A stretch of DNA of 64,000 nucleotides from Malacoraja senta. Taxonomy: Eukaryota. The stretch is taken from positions 17,548,001 through 17,612,000 of the forward strand of contig CM075989.1 of the NCBI GenBank assembly GCA_038087875.1. Direction: 5' to 3'. Made by a program: the position numbers and the translations under genes. Numbering within the stretch: the stretch's first letter is position 1; each line of letters opens with the position of its first letter. Positions 12,570 through 26,130 of this stretch are shown in pieces. The notes beneath the pieces were generated by a model. It was not told where the DNA came from. It made no database searches and saw only the letters and a program-made list of their open reading frames with translations.

Positions 12570-15564
12570 TTGCTCGTCTTAAATTAGCTCCTTTCCTCGT
12601 TGACTGTGGCCAGCGATAGATCAAGGCTGGTGGAGCCATTACATCTGCAAAGCATGGCTATAAACTCACCGTCCAATTAAATGAAACGCTGACAGCCCCA
12701 GAGAACCAAAACTCAAACCGCCAACACTCCTTGCTCTGCACAATGTGCTTCAAAGTCAACTCTGGATGTAGGGAGAGAGGGTCAGGGAGGTAAGCACTGT
12801 TTTTCAAAGGACTCCCGGGGAAAAGGCCACACTGCTGGGCAGATGCATGTGGAGTTCTTCTCCTTAGATCTATAAGCTATTATAATAGCCACCTCCTGCA
12901 GCAGTACCAAGTGGAAGAAGTGTCCCTCGGTCGTGAGACCACTGCGATATCTAATACCTTATCGCCAGGGGACTTTGCAGTAACAAGACTCGTGGGATAA
13001 CTAACTGCATCAACCCTTTCACCAGAGCGCTGTTCGATAAATTATTCTCTCCCCTGCGTATAAAGAAGTTTGTGACAGTGTGTATCCTGGAGGCAGAGTC
13101 TTGCCTGATGCAGCTGGCTTAATCCTGAACATAAGTTCATAAGAATTAGGCAATTCGGCCCATCATGTCTACTCCGGCATTCAATCATGGCTGAACTATC
13201 TCTCCCTCTCAACCCCAGTCTCCTGCCTTCTCCCCATAACCCCTGACACCCATACTAATCAACAATACACCAATCTCCGCCTTAAAAATATCAGTTGATT
13301 TGGCCTCCCACAGCCTTCTGAAGTAAGTGCTGGAGTAACTCAGCTGTCAGGCTGCATCTTCAGAGAAAAAATGATGGGTGACGTTTCGGGTCTGAAGGAG
13401 GCACCCGCCCAGAAATGTCACCCATCCTTTTTCTCCAGAGATGCTGCCTGACCGCTGAATCACTCCTGCACTTTGTGTCTATCTTCGGTATAAACCAGCA
13501 TCTGCAGTTCCTTTCTACACACTCAATCCCGTGTGGCTAGTCCACATCTATAGTCATGTAACTGATGTCTCTCAGATGATGATGACTCCCTAGCAATGGT
13601 TGAACCACAGGGCCAGTAGCACACTTACTTGTTGAAGAATTCACAGAAAATGAACAAAGAGTGTTTTATCTCACAAATCTGGTTTCAATCCTGACCTCAC
13701 CTGCTGCCTGTGTGGAGTTTGCATGTTCTCCCTGTGAGCACCTCTGGGTACTTCGGTTTCTCCTCTGACTTTTCGTTGACCCCGGTACAAGTGACAATAA
13801 ATTAAGCTCAAACACTAGACAATAGACAATAGGTGCAGGAGTAGGCCATTTGGCCCTTCGAGCCAGTTGATGTGAATGTGGGAAGAATTGAATGGGTTAT
13901 GGTGGGATTAGTGCAAATGGGTGGCTGATGGTCAGTGTGGACCTCAAGGGCTGGAGGGCCTGTTTCCATGCTCTGTTGTGTAGGCAGGAACTGCAGATGC
14001 TGGCTTAAACCAAAGCTAGACACAAAAAGCTGGAGTAACTCAGCGGGTCAGGCAGCAAAGGAATAGGTTGTGTTTTGGGATGATCTTCAATCTAGAGTCT
14101 GAAGAAGGGTCTCCACCCGAAACGTCACCTATTTCATTTCTACAGAGATTCTGTCTGACCCGCTGTGTTACTCCAGCTTTCTGTGTCTATCTATGCTCAA
14201 TAAGTCCATTAATGTGAGGGACCCAAGGGCCAGTTTGTATGCTCAGTTACACCTTAGAGTAACATGAGGAGATGACGGGGCCTGTTTCCATGCTCCATTG
14301 CTCTGTTAGAGTCACCCAAGGGACTGAAGGGCCTGCTTCTACACTTAATTACTCTGTTACAGTAACAGATAAATTGAACATGGAAACAGGCCCTTCAGCC
14401 CATCACGTCTGTACTGACCATCAGCCACCCGTTTGTACTAATCTGGCATGTGCATACTGTGATGACATTGTACCCATAGTCAGTGGAATGCACGACTCAG
14501 TCCTGGGGTATAGGCTGGAAAACCCCCTTCCCCTTTCTCATGTCCAACCTCCAAGTGCACGGAGGGCAGAATAGACATCAATTGCTCCATCCATTTTAAT
14601 TCCACAATTGATGAAAAAATCTCCTTGAAGGCTGGCAGCATTTTCATTTGGCACAGAAGGTAGACACAAAATGCTGGAGTAACTCAGCGGGTCAGGCAGC
14701 ATCTCTGGAGAAAAGGATTAGGTGACGTTATGGGTCGAGACCCTTCTTCAGACTTCAGTATTTATCCGTGGCGATACATTGCTTACAGGAATACTATCCT
14801 CCCTGCCTCTCTGTGCTCCCTCATCACGCTGTTTCCTTTGCTCAGCGGCCTGAGTACAGTCAGCCTGGCCCTCATCACTCATCCCTCACATGCTAACAGC
14901 CTCCCGTAACTGATCCGGCCATGGCGTAATAACCTCTTTCAATTATAGTGAAGGGTGAGATGCAGATATCTCTAATTAGTCTTTGTAAAGCGTGTCCAAG
15001 AACGACAGCACTGCCAGGACCAGCGAGGCAGGAGAAAGAATAACACAGGAAGCAGAGAGGTCACTTAGCCCATTGTCACTATGTCAGGTTCTCGGTGGAA
15101 GCAGAAATTAATCCCAAACCCCGACAAAGCTTCTGATCTTCAGTGAAGCAAGACCAAAAAGCTATGATACGTACATTTTAATAAATCTATCCTCAGTTTG
15201 TTGAGATGCCAGGAGTATCACCAGAACGATGGCAGATTAAGTAACAATAGTTCCACCTGTCCACAGTCCTACTCTCCGTACTACGTGGGCTAGTGTCAAA
15301 CCAAAGTTACAGCTGATCACGGATGGAGCATTAAATCAAACTAACCTCCATGTCTACAGATTCTTCAGTCTCATAAAGCATCCCATTGGTACCCAAAAGG
15401 ACACAAAGTGCTGGAGTAACTCAGTGGGTCAAGCAGTGTCTGTGGAGAACATGGATAGGTGACGTTTCGGTAACCAGTCTGAAGAAGGTTCACCTATCCA
15501 TGTTCTCCAGAGATGCTCTCTGACCCGCTGTGTTACTCGACCACTCTGTGTCCTTTTAGTTTTC

Positions 15565-15875
15565 AGTTTTAGTTTTAGAGATACAGCGCGGCCATACGGC
15601 TCACTGGGTCCGCGTCGACCAGCGATCCCCGCATATTAACACTAACCTACACACACTAGGGACAATTGTTACATTTACCAAACCAATTTACCTACATACC
15701 TGTACGTCTTTGTATTGTGGGAGGAAACTGAAGATCTAGGAGAAAACCCACACAGTCATGGGGAGAACGTACAAACACCGTACAGACAGCACCCATAGTC
15801 GGGATCGAACCCGGGTCTCCGGCGCTGCAAGCGTTGTAAGGCAGCAACTCTACCGCCGTGCCACCGTGACGCCCT
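15565..15875 (-). mobile_element. HE1-like V-SINE (representative - copy)
   Basis: Reverse complement of the above. Other - copies at ~1040-1345, 2975-3278, 8465-8760, 10295-10596, 20560-20855 and 26650-26947. Confidence 0.85.
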
Positions 15876-17091
15876 TTTGGGCAAACCAGTTCCTTGCTTT
15901 CGTTAGTTCCGTTTAGTTTATTGTCGCGTGTAACGAGGTACAGTGAAAAGCTTCTGGTGTCTGCTACCCAGTCATCGGAGAGACAATACATCATTACAAT
16001 CGAGCCATTTACAGTGTATAGATACATGATCAGGGAATAACGAGTAATGCAAGGTAAAGCCAGCAAAGTCCAATCAAGGAGAGTCCAAGGGTCACCAATG
16101 AGTTTCTACCATCTGAACCCAATGTTCCTCTCAGCCACTTGGAATGATTGTGACATGATCTTTGGGAAGGGGCCCATTTACCCACTTACCCTATCCCCTG
16201 GGCCAGGGAGATGAAGCATCTGAACAAGGCAACCATTATCCCACCTGCACAGACCAGTGATAAGATACGAGGCTTTCTGCCCGAGTGTTGCACAGAGGTG
16301 CTGGTTTAACATGCCAGATCATCAGAGCAACTAAAATTTACACAGGTCTCATTCCACAGCTCCCGTCAATGGAATGCACACGTATATTTTTCTCTTATTG
16401 ACAACAGAGCCACTTTTTTAAAAAACAGTTGATACATAATCACAGTTGACAGCAAAGATTTTAAAAGCAAGAGGGTGAAATATTACTCTATTTAGAACTA
16501 ACCAACAGTGTGAACTTTGCCCCCTGACAACTTGACCTCTGCTATAAAGCTTTGCTCAAGATGGCAATTTATGATATATAAATATACCATGTATAAAGCG
16601 GTTCACATACCTGTGTGGAACTCTGATGTATTATGTTCCCAGGTTATGCTGTGGCCTTTGACTCGAAGCAACATAATGGATTTTCTGTTCGTCCCTCATT
16701 TAAAAGATTCCTTATTAAGGGAAAACCCATTTGATCTCATCCACACTGAACTAAAATTCACCGTTACCTAGCCAGCATTCAGACATCTCTCCAATTGTCC
16801 CTGGGTTTATACATTAGCAAACATGTCAATGGTTCCCACAATATCTTCTTCTACATTATTAATAATGGTTGCAAAGAGCCTTGGCCCCAACCTGACTCCC
16901 TGAGGGATTCCGCTGGTAAATGGCACACCTCTGCATGGAATCGCTTGTAAAAGGGTCGGCATAATGGAACCAGTACAATGGAACAAAACCGAGAGTTGAG
17001 TGCTTGCAGTACAACAGCTATGGAACCAGTTAAGTGGTAGGACACCATTTTAAGATGTGTATAATTCTTTGCATACTCTGGCTATACCATG

Positions 17092-17242
17092 TGTAATAAG
17101 GAACTGCAGAAACCGAAGAAAAACACAAAAGCTGGAGTAACTCAGACAGGCAGCATCTCTGGAAAGAAGGAATGGGTGATGTGTCGGGTCGAGACTCTGA
17201 AGAAAGGTCCCGCTGAGTTACTCCAGCTATTTGTGTCTATCT
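17092..17242. mobile_element. Short, partly inverted Penelope-derived pLTR insertion
   Basis: 15-bp TSD tctggctataccatg (17077-17091 / 17243-17257). Confidence 0.8.
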
Positions 17243-18244
17243 TCTGGCTATACCATGGCAGTTATCAACTCTGATACTAGAAGAATATGAGTGATAACTG
17301 GTATGGAATAGGGTGGGTAACTGCAGAACGAACACATTGCACAGGCAGTAAATATCTCTGAGATTAATAAATGCTCACGTTTTAAGTTAAACTTGACTCT
17401 GCCAAAATAGTTCATTTACACGAATCTCCCCGTAACCCGTTCAATTCTTCCCACATTCACATCTACCGTCCCCAGATTCTGCCATTCATTTTTACACTCG
17501 GGGCAATTTTTCCCCCCATAATTTCCAATCAGCCCAACAAACTGCATATTTTGGGATATGGGAGGAAACTGGAATATCCAGAAAAAACTAAGGTGCTCAC
17601 AGGGAGAACATGCAAATTCCACACAGGCAGCAGCCGAGGTCAGGATTGAACCTGGGGTCCCAGGTTTGTGAGACAGCAGCCTTTGTTCATACTCTGTGAA
17701 TTCTTCAACAAGTAAGAGTGCTAGTGGTTCTGTATTTCAACCATTGCGAGGGGGGTCATCATATGAGAGACATCAGTTACATGACTATAGATGTGGACTA
17801 GCCACACGGGATTGGGTACGTGGAGAAAGGAACTGCAGATGCTGGTTTACACCGAAGATAGACACAAAATGCTGGAGTAACTCAGTGGGACAGGCAGCAT
17901 CTCTGAGGATGGATCTCGACCCGAAACGACACGCATTCCTTCTATCCAGAGATGCTGCCTGTCCCGTTGAGTTACTCCAACATTTTGAGCTATCAAAGGT
18001 AAAATCTCCTCTCTAGCCACCAATTAGAGATCTTTCTCATGAAGCAATAGGAATATTAACACAATTTATAAGGGTTTTTAGACGACATACTATTGTACAA
18101 GCAAGTTGTAATTTATATTGAAAGATGCTGAAATTCACAGGAGCTCTCTGCTGTAATGTAGTTCGTCTCTCGCTTAAGTTTACACTAGTTCTGCCCGTTC
18201 ATCTCACCTGCTGAAATGTTTATCATTTTAAAGGAGAAAATTAA

Positions 18245-18660
18245 TACACATGTTGTCCTCATGCACAAGCCAATCGCTCTCACACAGAGATAGTCATCAC
18301 ACACGCACAAACACGTTCTCACACACACACAGATGTTTATCACACACATACATGTTCTCTCACGCAAACATGTTTTCAAATACAAACATGTGCTCACGCA
18401 CAGAGTTAGTTATTACACTGACAGACATGTTCTCACACACACACACAGATGGTTAACACAAACACATACATGCTCTCACACACAGACATGTTCTCATGCA
18501 CATATACTCACACACAGATAGTTCTCACACACGCAACCACGTTACAACACACAAACACTTTCTCACACACAAACACATTCCCACACACAAACACACACAC
18601 GCCCAATCACACATGCATGCATGCATTCACACACGTGTGCACTAACTACACACACACACG
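18245..18660. repeat. Degenerate CA-rich repeat (acatgttctcacacac-like units)
   Basis: Recurring catgttctc/catgctctc + (ca)n units. Confidence 0.75.
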
Positions 18661-21600
18661 GATAACTGTCTGTGCAACTGAACACTTTTCTTTCACTTCC
18701 TTTTGTCTGCGGCTGGTTTTTCAGCTGCTGCTGAGCGACAATGAGGAGCCCTGGAGCCAGTTCACTGCCACCGTTACAGAACGCTGGCTGCCCTTTTTGG
18801 TTAAGCCGGGGTCATGCTCCCCCTCCCCCCAGGCTGTGAGGGAATATCTGTGAGGAAAGGCCGTGACCTGCAGCTCGGCTGCTGTGACAGAGGTCACTGC
18901 TTCTCGTCCCGCCCCCCCTTTGCCTTTTAGCTCCCATGACTTTAAAAAGAAAAGTGCGATAAAGAGAGGCCCCCGGGGTCTCACCAGATGCAGCAGGACA
19001 TTGGGTTTGTTAATGAGAAACAGGGGAGGAATGGAAGGGAAGGATTACCCGACACTCTTTCAGAAAGTTCTCTACTTTAGATTCTTTTGAGCAAGCGGTC
19101 AGGGAGGCTGGCTTCCAGCCGGCACCAGGGGCTCACGCTAGGCCCTGCTGTCTGGGCGCAAGGTTGGCTATTCTGCTCAGATCCTCACCCCTCGAGCTCA
19201 GACCAACACCCAACCCCCTAACCCACACATTCAACTTGTGCCGGGATGCAAAACGCACCATGTTGGAAATACTCAGCAGGTTCGGCAGCCTCTGTGGGAA
19301 GATTGTCGACCTGAAATGTCACCTATTCCTTTTCTCCAGAGAGGCTGTCTGACCCACTGAGTTACTCCAGCATTTTGTGTCTATCTTCTGTGGGAAACTA
19401 TTGAACTCGAAGATCCTTCACCAGAAATGTTAACTCCAGTTCCCTTCCCACACGTGCGACATGACCTGTTGATAATCTGATGGTCTCGACCTGAAACGTC
19501 ACCCATTCCTTCTCTCCAGAGATGCTGCCTGTCCTGCTGAGTTATTCCAGCATTTTGTGTCTATCTTCGAGTATTTGTTCTGGTCTGGTTACCTATCACA
19601 ACTGAAGAAGGGTCTCGACCTGAAATGTCTCCTATTCCTTTTCTCCAGACATGCTGACTGACCCGAAGGTAGACACAAAATGCAGGAGTAACTCAGCGGG
19701 ACAGGCAGCAACTCTGGAGAGAAGGACGTTTTCGGTCGAGACCCTTCTTCCTACACATGCTGCCTGACCCGCAGAGTTACTCCAGCTTTTTGTGTCTGTC
19801 TTTGGTCTAAACCAGCACCTGCAGTTCCTCCCTACACATTTATTGTCCATTGTCTATTTATTTGTGTGTCATTGCGTTATTGTACACACGAGGAACTGCA
19901 GGTGCTGATTGTCAAAGATTGAAATAAAGTGCTGGAGTACCTCAGTGTGTCAGGCAGCATCTCTGGAGAATGTGGATAGGTGATGTTTAGGGCCGGGATG
20001 CATTGTGTTTATGTGTTTGGGTTTGCCGGACACATTCAGTACAGACCTCAGCCCTGGCTCATACATGGAGTGCGATGGAACACTCACCACCCGCTCAATG
20101 GAATGCGGCTCCAATAAAAAGCATGAAGCTCAACACCATTCTGAATAAAACAGCCCACGACTGGTATCCCATTCACTAGTTTGTGGGCACGGTGTGGCTG
20201 TGGAGGGACGTCTTCATTGCACAACGTGCCACATGGTCTTTCACATTCATCTTGTTGCTCTGTGGGTACCATCTCAACAATGTACCACAGTTACCCAGCC
20301 AAAGCATAACTTCCACCATCTAGACAGGCAGAGGCAGCATCAAAATCTTCACCTTCCCTCCAAATCACACACTATCCTGACTGGAAATAAGTCGCAGTTT
20401 CTTCTTCATCCGAATCGGTCTGAAGAAGGGTCCAGACCCGAAACGTCGCTTATCCATTCCCTCCAAAGATGCTGCCTGACCCGCTGAGTTACTCCAGCAC
20501 TTTATGTTTTGCCCAAGATTTCAAACCTGCGGTTTCTTGTATGTCGATCTAGTTTAGTTTAATTTAGTGGATTTAGTTTACAGCGCGGAAACAGGCCCTT
20601 CGGCTCACCGAGTCTGCGCCGGCCAGCGGCCCTGTCACACACACTAGGGACAATTTACAATTACACCAAGCCAATTGACCTACAAACCTGAACGTCTTTG
20701 GAGCGTGGGAGGAAACTGGAGATCCCGGAGAAAACCCACGCAAGTCACAGGGAGAACGTACACACTGCGTAAAGTCCGCACCCTGGTCAGGATTGCACCC
20801 TGGGTTTCTGGCGCTGTAAGGCAGCAACTCTACTACTGTGCCACCGTGCCGCCCAAACAACGGTACTTCATCATTGTTGGGTCTAAGCCTTAAATGTCCT
20901 CCCTGTTTGCACTGCAACCAACTTAGGCAGAGAGTGGCGATGTGTCCAGCAGCAACTCACCAGCACCTCCCACAGAAAAGTTGCATTGGGTACAAATGAC
21001 TGTGACACCCAGAACCAAAATATGAATAAATAAAACAAAAATTCCAGGCCTTGGTCTCAGAATGTGATATTCTAAGTCAGCATCTGCTTATGTGATATTC
21101 TGGTACACTAACTCAAGAGTCAGGAGTCTTTGTGTAGAAACAATGAACAGTAGATGCTAGTTTACCAAGGGAGACACTAAGTGCTGGAGTAACTCAGCAG
21201 GCCAGGCAGCAGCCCTGGAGAACATGGACAGATGATGTTTTGGGTCAGAACCCTTCTTCAGACCGTGGTCAGAAAACCAAGAGTATTTTAATTGTCACAT
21301 TCCAAAACTGGAAGAGTCTGAAGAAGGGTCTCGACCCGAAACATCACCTATTCTTTTTCTCCAGACATGATAACTGACCGCTGAGATACTCCAGCATTTT
21401 GTGTCCATCTTCGGTGTTAAACAGCATCTGCAGTTCCTTCCTACACAATGCCTGCAGCTCTACAGGCACATTAACACAATCGTACAGAAAATGTACACAC
21501 GGTAAATGATATTACAATCAATTATCAGTTATGCTGAGTAACCAGACTGTACCCGTCCAAATCAAAGTATGCAGTGCAACCTTTTACAAAGTCCATAGTA

Positions 21601-21939
21601 GGTTGTTGCTGAGGTAGGATTGTGTTTGGAGTTGTTCAGGGTGCTTCAAGAGCCTCATGGTTGATGGGAAGAAGCTGCTCTTGAACATGGAGGTCCCCGT
21701 TCTCAGGCTCCTGCACTTTCTTCCCGATGGTAGTGATGAGTTAAGCGTGGCCAAGGTGGTGTGGGGCTTTGATGATATTAGCTGCCTTCATGAGGCAGTG
21801 TTTCCTGTACATCCCTTTGCTGGACAGGAGGTCACTACCAGTGCTGGACTGAGCAATGTCCACGCCTTCCTGCAGCTTCTGTTCTTCGACACTGCAATAT
21901 TCCAGTCACAATCTCTGCAATGTTCCGGGCCCAACTGAA

Positions 21940-22470
21940 CTGTGTTCGGCACTGGTCGCCCTGCTATATGGGGATGTTGTTGAGGTGAAGGAAGTGCAGA
22001 GACGATTTGCGAGGATATTGCCAGGGCTTGAGGGTCTAAGTTGGGGGAAGAGCTTGGGCAGCTTAGGATCTTGTCACTTGGAGCGCAGGAGGATGAGGGG
22101 TGATCTTGTGGAGGCGTGAGGGATCATGATGAGAGTAGATGGGGTAAATGCACAGAGTCTTTTGCCCAGGAAGGGAAAATGGGAACCAGCGGACATGGGT
22201 TTAGGGTGAGAGGGGAGTGGTTTGATGGGAACCCGAGGAGCAACTTTTTCACATGGAGGGTGGTGGGTGTATGGAACGACCTACCAGGGGAGGTATTTGA
22301 GGCAGGTACTATAACAACATTTTAAAGACATTGGGACAGGTACATGGATAGGAGAGTTTGGAGGGATATTGGCCAAATGTGTGCAGGTGAAACTAGTGTA
22401 GATGAGACATCTTGGTGGGCATGGGGAAGTTGGGCGGAAGTACCTGTTTCCATGTTGTTTCCTATGACCA
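21940..22470 (+). mobile_element. CR1 LINE 3' fragment
   Basis: VQRRFARILPGLEGLS..ERRRMRGDL..FFTWRVVGVWNDLP. Confidence 0.8.
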
Positions 22471-23426
22471 CATCTGTGCAATGCTCTGGATGCATCTCTG
22501 CATAACTGTGGGTCAGTTTCTCTTTGTTGCGATGTACAATAATGGCCTGCGCAATGCTCTGGGACTGTGCTTCTGTCTTCCACAGCTCAGCATCTCTGTG
22601 TCTGAGTCTCTACAATGCTGTGTGTCTGGGCGATCCTCTGGATCAGCGTCACTGTGTTATTAAGTTCATAAGTTCATAAGTGATAGGTTCAGAATTAGGC
22701 CATTCAGCCCATCGAGTCTACTCCGCCATTCAATCATGGCTGATCTATCTCTCCCTCCTAACCCCATCCTCCTGCCTTCTCACCATAGCCACTGACACCC
22801 GCACTAATCAATAAACTATCTATCTTTGCCTCTTATTCCGAGGCTGCACGCTCTGTGATTCTCCGTCCCCTACATCCCTGCAGGACCGTGGGTCTCTGGC
22901 TCAGTGTGGGCAATGCTAAAAAAACACACACCAATGTGTGTTGGGACGTTCGGAGCAGAACTGCTTCTGTGTCGTATAATTGATGGACACACTGCGGGCA
23001 AACGCAGAGCAGGTTAAAAATCATTACCTGCAATTCACACCTGGACCGAGCACAAAGGACTCCCCTCAGGTCATTCATGGGGCTTTACACCCACAGCACG
23101 TTAACAGTCTGTGAATTCCTGCTCCTCAGGGCAAAGCCCGTGCCCCAGCTCAATGGTTTCATTACTTTTAGCATGGTGCTAACTGGACAACCTAAAAGGC
23201 ACACTGTTCACGGGAAATTGCAGCTTGCAAGCTATAAATTCACAAGTGTAAACAAAGAGACCGTGTGGACTCTCCCGAAGATCACGACAGAGTGCAAAGC
23301 CCTTGCAGTTTCTTCAGTAACACCATTTTCAAAGTGCCTCAACCACAAACAAGGACCTTCCCGAGAAAGGGACGGGCCAGATAATGCAAACAGCAGCACC
23401 TGAGAAGAGTGGGCAGTGTCTCAGGT

Positions 23427-23590
23427 GGTGCAAGAAAGAACTGCAGATGCTGGTTTACACCGAAGATAAGATACCAAATGCTGGAGTAACTCAGCGGGTC
23501 GGGCAGCATCTCTGGAGAAAAGGAATAGGTGACGTTTCAGGTCAAGACCCTTGATCAGACTGAGAGTCAGGGAGGGAGACAATGGAGGTA
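23427..23590 (-). mobile_element. Penelope-derived pLTR with mutated hammerhead core (CTGATCA)
   Basis: Family consensus sequence flanked by a tctcaggt duplication (23419-23426 / 23591-23598). Confidence 0.8.
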
Positions 23591-25249
23591 TCTCAGGTAG
23601 CCTCCTGCTTGGGGCTCAGATGGTCCATGGTGAAGATAACGTCCCTCCTTGGACAGACGAGCCCTTGACAACCGGGCATGAATTCTGGGCTCATGAACTG
23701 ACACTGTAAATATAAATCTGGAGTCTAATGCAGTAAGTTACTTACACCAGTTTCCAATTCTGTTTTATGGAATCTTTAACGTTTGTTTCTGTAGGTGACC
23801 GAGCTCTCCTCCATCACCGTGGATCCAAGCCCCACATGGCTGCATTAAGTCAACAGTCAGATTTCTCTTGCCCACCCCTCTGGTCACATTTATCCTCCAT
23901 CATTCACGACATCTCTTGAGGTGTCTTGTAAAAACAGGTCTGAATTTTCACAACTGCTCTATTCATTTATTTGTGCTATTTGATTTGGAATCATCCAAGG
24001 CGAGGCAGATCCAATTCATAAGGACAAACTCCCGATCTTCCAATCTACCTTGCACTTTTTTTTATCCGCACGTTCTCCGTAACCTCAACACCATTTTGTA
24101 CTCTTGTTTATTTCCTCTTTCGCACTCTCTGGTGCCGTGCCTAATAAGACCTCCACATCTGTGGCCACTCTCCTCCTGGACTCCATGTGTTGCCCAGAGG
24201 TGGAGCCAAGTCTCGAATCAAAGGGTCCCAACACGAAACGTCACCTATCCATGTGCTCCAGGGATGCTGCCTGACCAGCAGAGTTACTCCAGCACTTTGT
24301 GACCTTTTGATGGAATCCCCCAACTTTACCCAGGAAGCCCTCCTCTCCGTTTCTACGTAAGACCTGATGTACGTGGTCCCATCGGAACGGGAACTCCCAA
24401 CTTGAATATTAAAAGGAGAAAGGTCATTTATATTTACTTATTTTGTTCTCACATTTTTAATTATTAGTGATGAACTGTTTTTCTTAAACAAAGTACAACA
24501 AACCTTACGATTTCTAAATGTCTTTGAATTCAGAAATCAGTAAGTAAGCAGTGTTACAACTTTAGAAACTTCCAACACGGAAGAACTTCATCCCAAACAC
24601 CTTACACTGATTATATACTGAGATTGGAATCCCAAATCCCAACAATTTCCTTGATTATCAGCAGGATTAGTTAGACAGACACGACAAGCCCAAGTTTAGT
24701 AATGAGGCAGAACAGATGCCTGCTAATCCTAGCTACCCCGATTAAAGGGGACAGATCTGATTACATTGACCCACTAACAACAACAAAAAACACACACCTT
24801 CTGCATGAAGAGCCATCCTGGATTCACGACTCCATTGCACAGACCTAACATGGGCAAATCACCTCCACCACCCACTCCCCCAAACCAAATACTAACGGCA
24901 GCAATCTAAAGGGACACTTTCCACCACGCAAAGAGGCTGCATGGAAAAATATCGCAGGAAAGTCATGCTAATCATAAGATGTTTTATAAGTGTACAAATA
25001 AAAAGAGGATAGCAAATGAATAAATAGATGCAATTAGAAATCAAAATGGTTTGTTGCGTTTGGCAGAGAAAATTAGTGTAACTCTAAATGTGGAATCCAA
25101 ATGCATTCATAATTGACTTGGAGGTGTCAGAGGTTATGGGGAGAAGGCAGGAGAATGGGGTTAGGAGGAAGCCATGATTGAATGGTGGAGTAGACTTGAT
25201 GGGCCGAATGGCCTAATTCTACTTCTATCACATGACCTTATCACCTTAT

Positions 25250-26130
25250 GAATGAAAGGGTTATTGCGGAGGGTTGATTGTCTGAATGTGTGCCTCGTGT
25301 CCGTTGCTGGGTTCACTGATGTTTGTTATATACATTAACGATTTAGATGGCAACGTATTTAACATTGCGAGTAAATTTGCAGATGAAACTAAAATTGGTA
25401 GTTAAAAGGCTGACGATTCCAACGTATGCAAAAAGATCTAGATCAGTTGGGATAATGGGCTAACAAGTGGCAAATGGAATTTAACTCTGACACGTGTGAG
25501 GTGTCAAACCAGGGCAAGACTTTGACAGTAAATGGGAGAGCGCTGGAAAGAGATCTGGAAGTACAGGTGGATGGTCTAAAAGTGGTGAATCAGGTGGACA
25601 ATGTGATGACAAAGGCGTTTGGTATACTTGCCTTTACCATTAGGAAGGGTGTTGAGTACAAAGGTTGAGGTATCACTATGCAGCTGTACAAGTCGTTGAT
25701 GAGACCACACTTGGAGTACTGTGTGCAGTGTTGGTCGGCCAGCTATAGAAATGACTCCATTAAATTGGAAAGGGTGCAGAAGAGATTTACCGGGACATTA
25801 CTTGAGCTTGCGGGTTTGAGTTTTAGGGAGAGGTTGAATAGGTTGTAATCTTTTTCTTTGGAGAGTAGGAAGCTGAGGGGTGACCTTATTGAGGTGTATA
25901 TGAGGAACACGGATAAATGAACACTCATAGACTTCACTTTAGAGCATAATGTGCAAGGGGATAGATTTAAGAGAGACCTCAGAAGAAACCTTTTCACCAA
26001 CAGTGTAGTTTGTATCTGGAATGAGCTGCCAGAGGAAGCTATAGAGCAGATACAGTCATGACTTTTAAAGGACATTTGGACAGATGTATGGCTAGGAAGG
26101 ACTTAAAGGGCCAACTACAGGCAAGTGAAA
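25250..26130 (+). mobile_element. Degraded CR1 (HER1-like) LINE RT/3' fragment
   Basis: YINDLD...SKFADETKIG, WANKWQMEFNSDTCEV and RPHLEYCVQ motifs, with stops and frameshifts. Confidence 0.8.
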
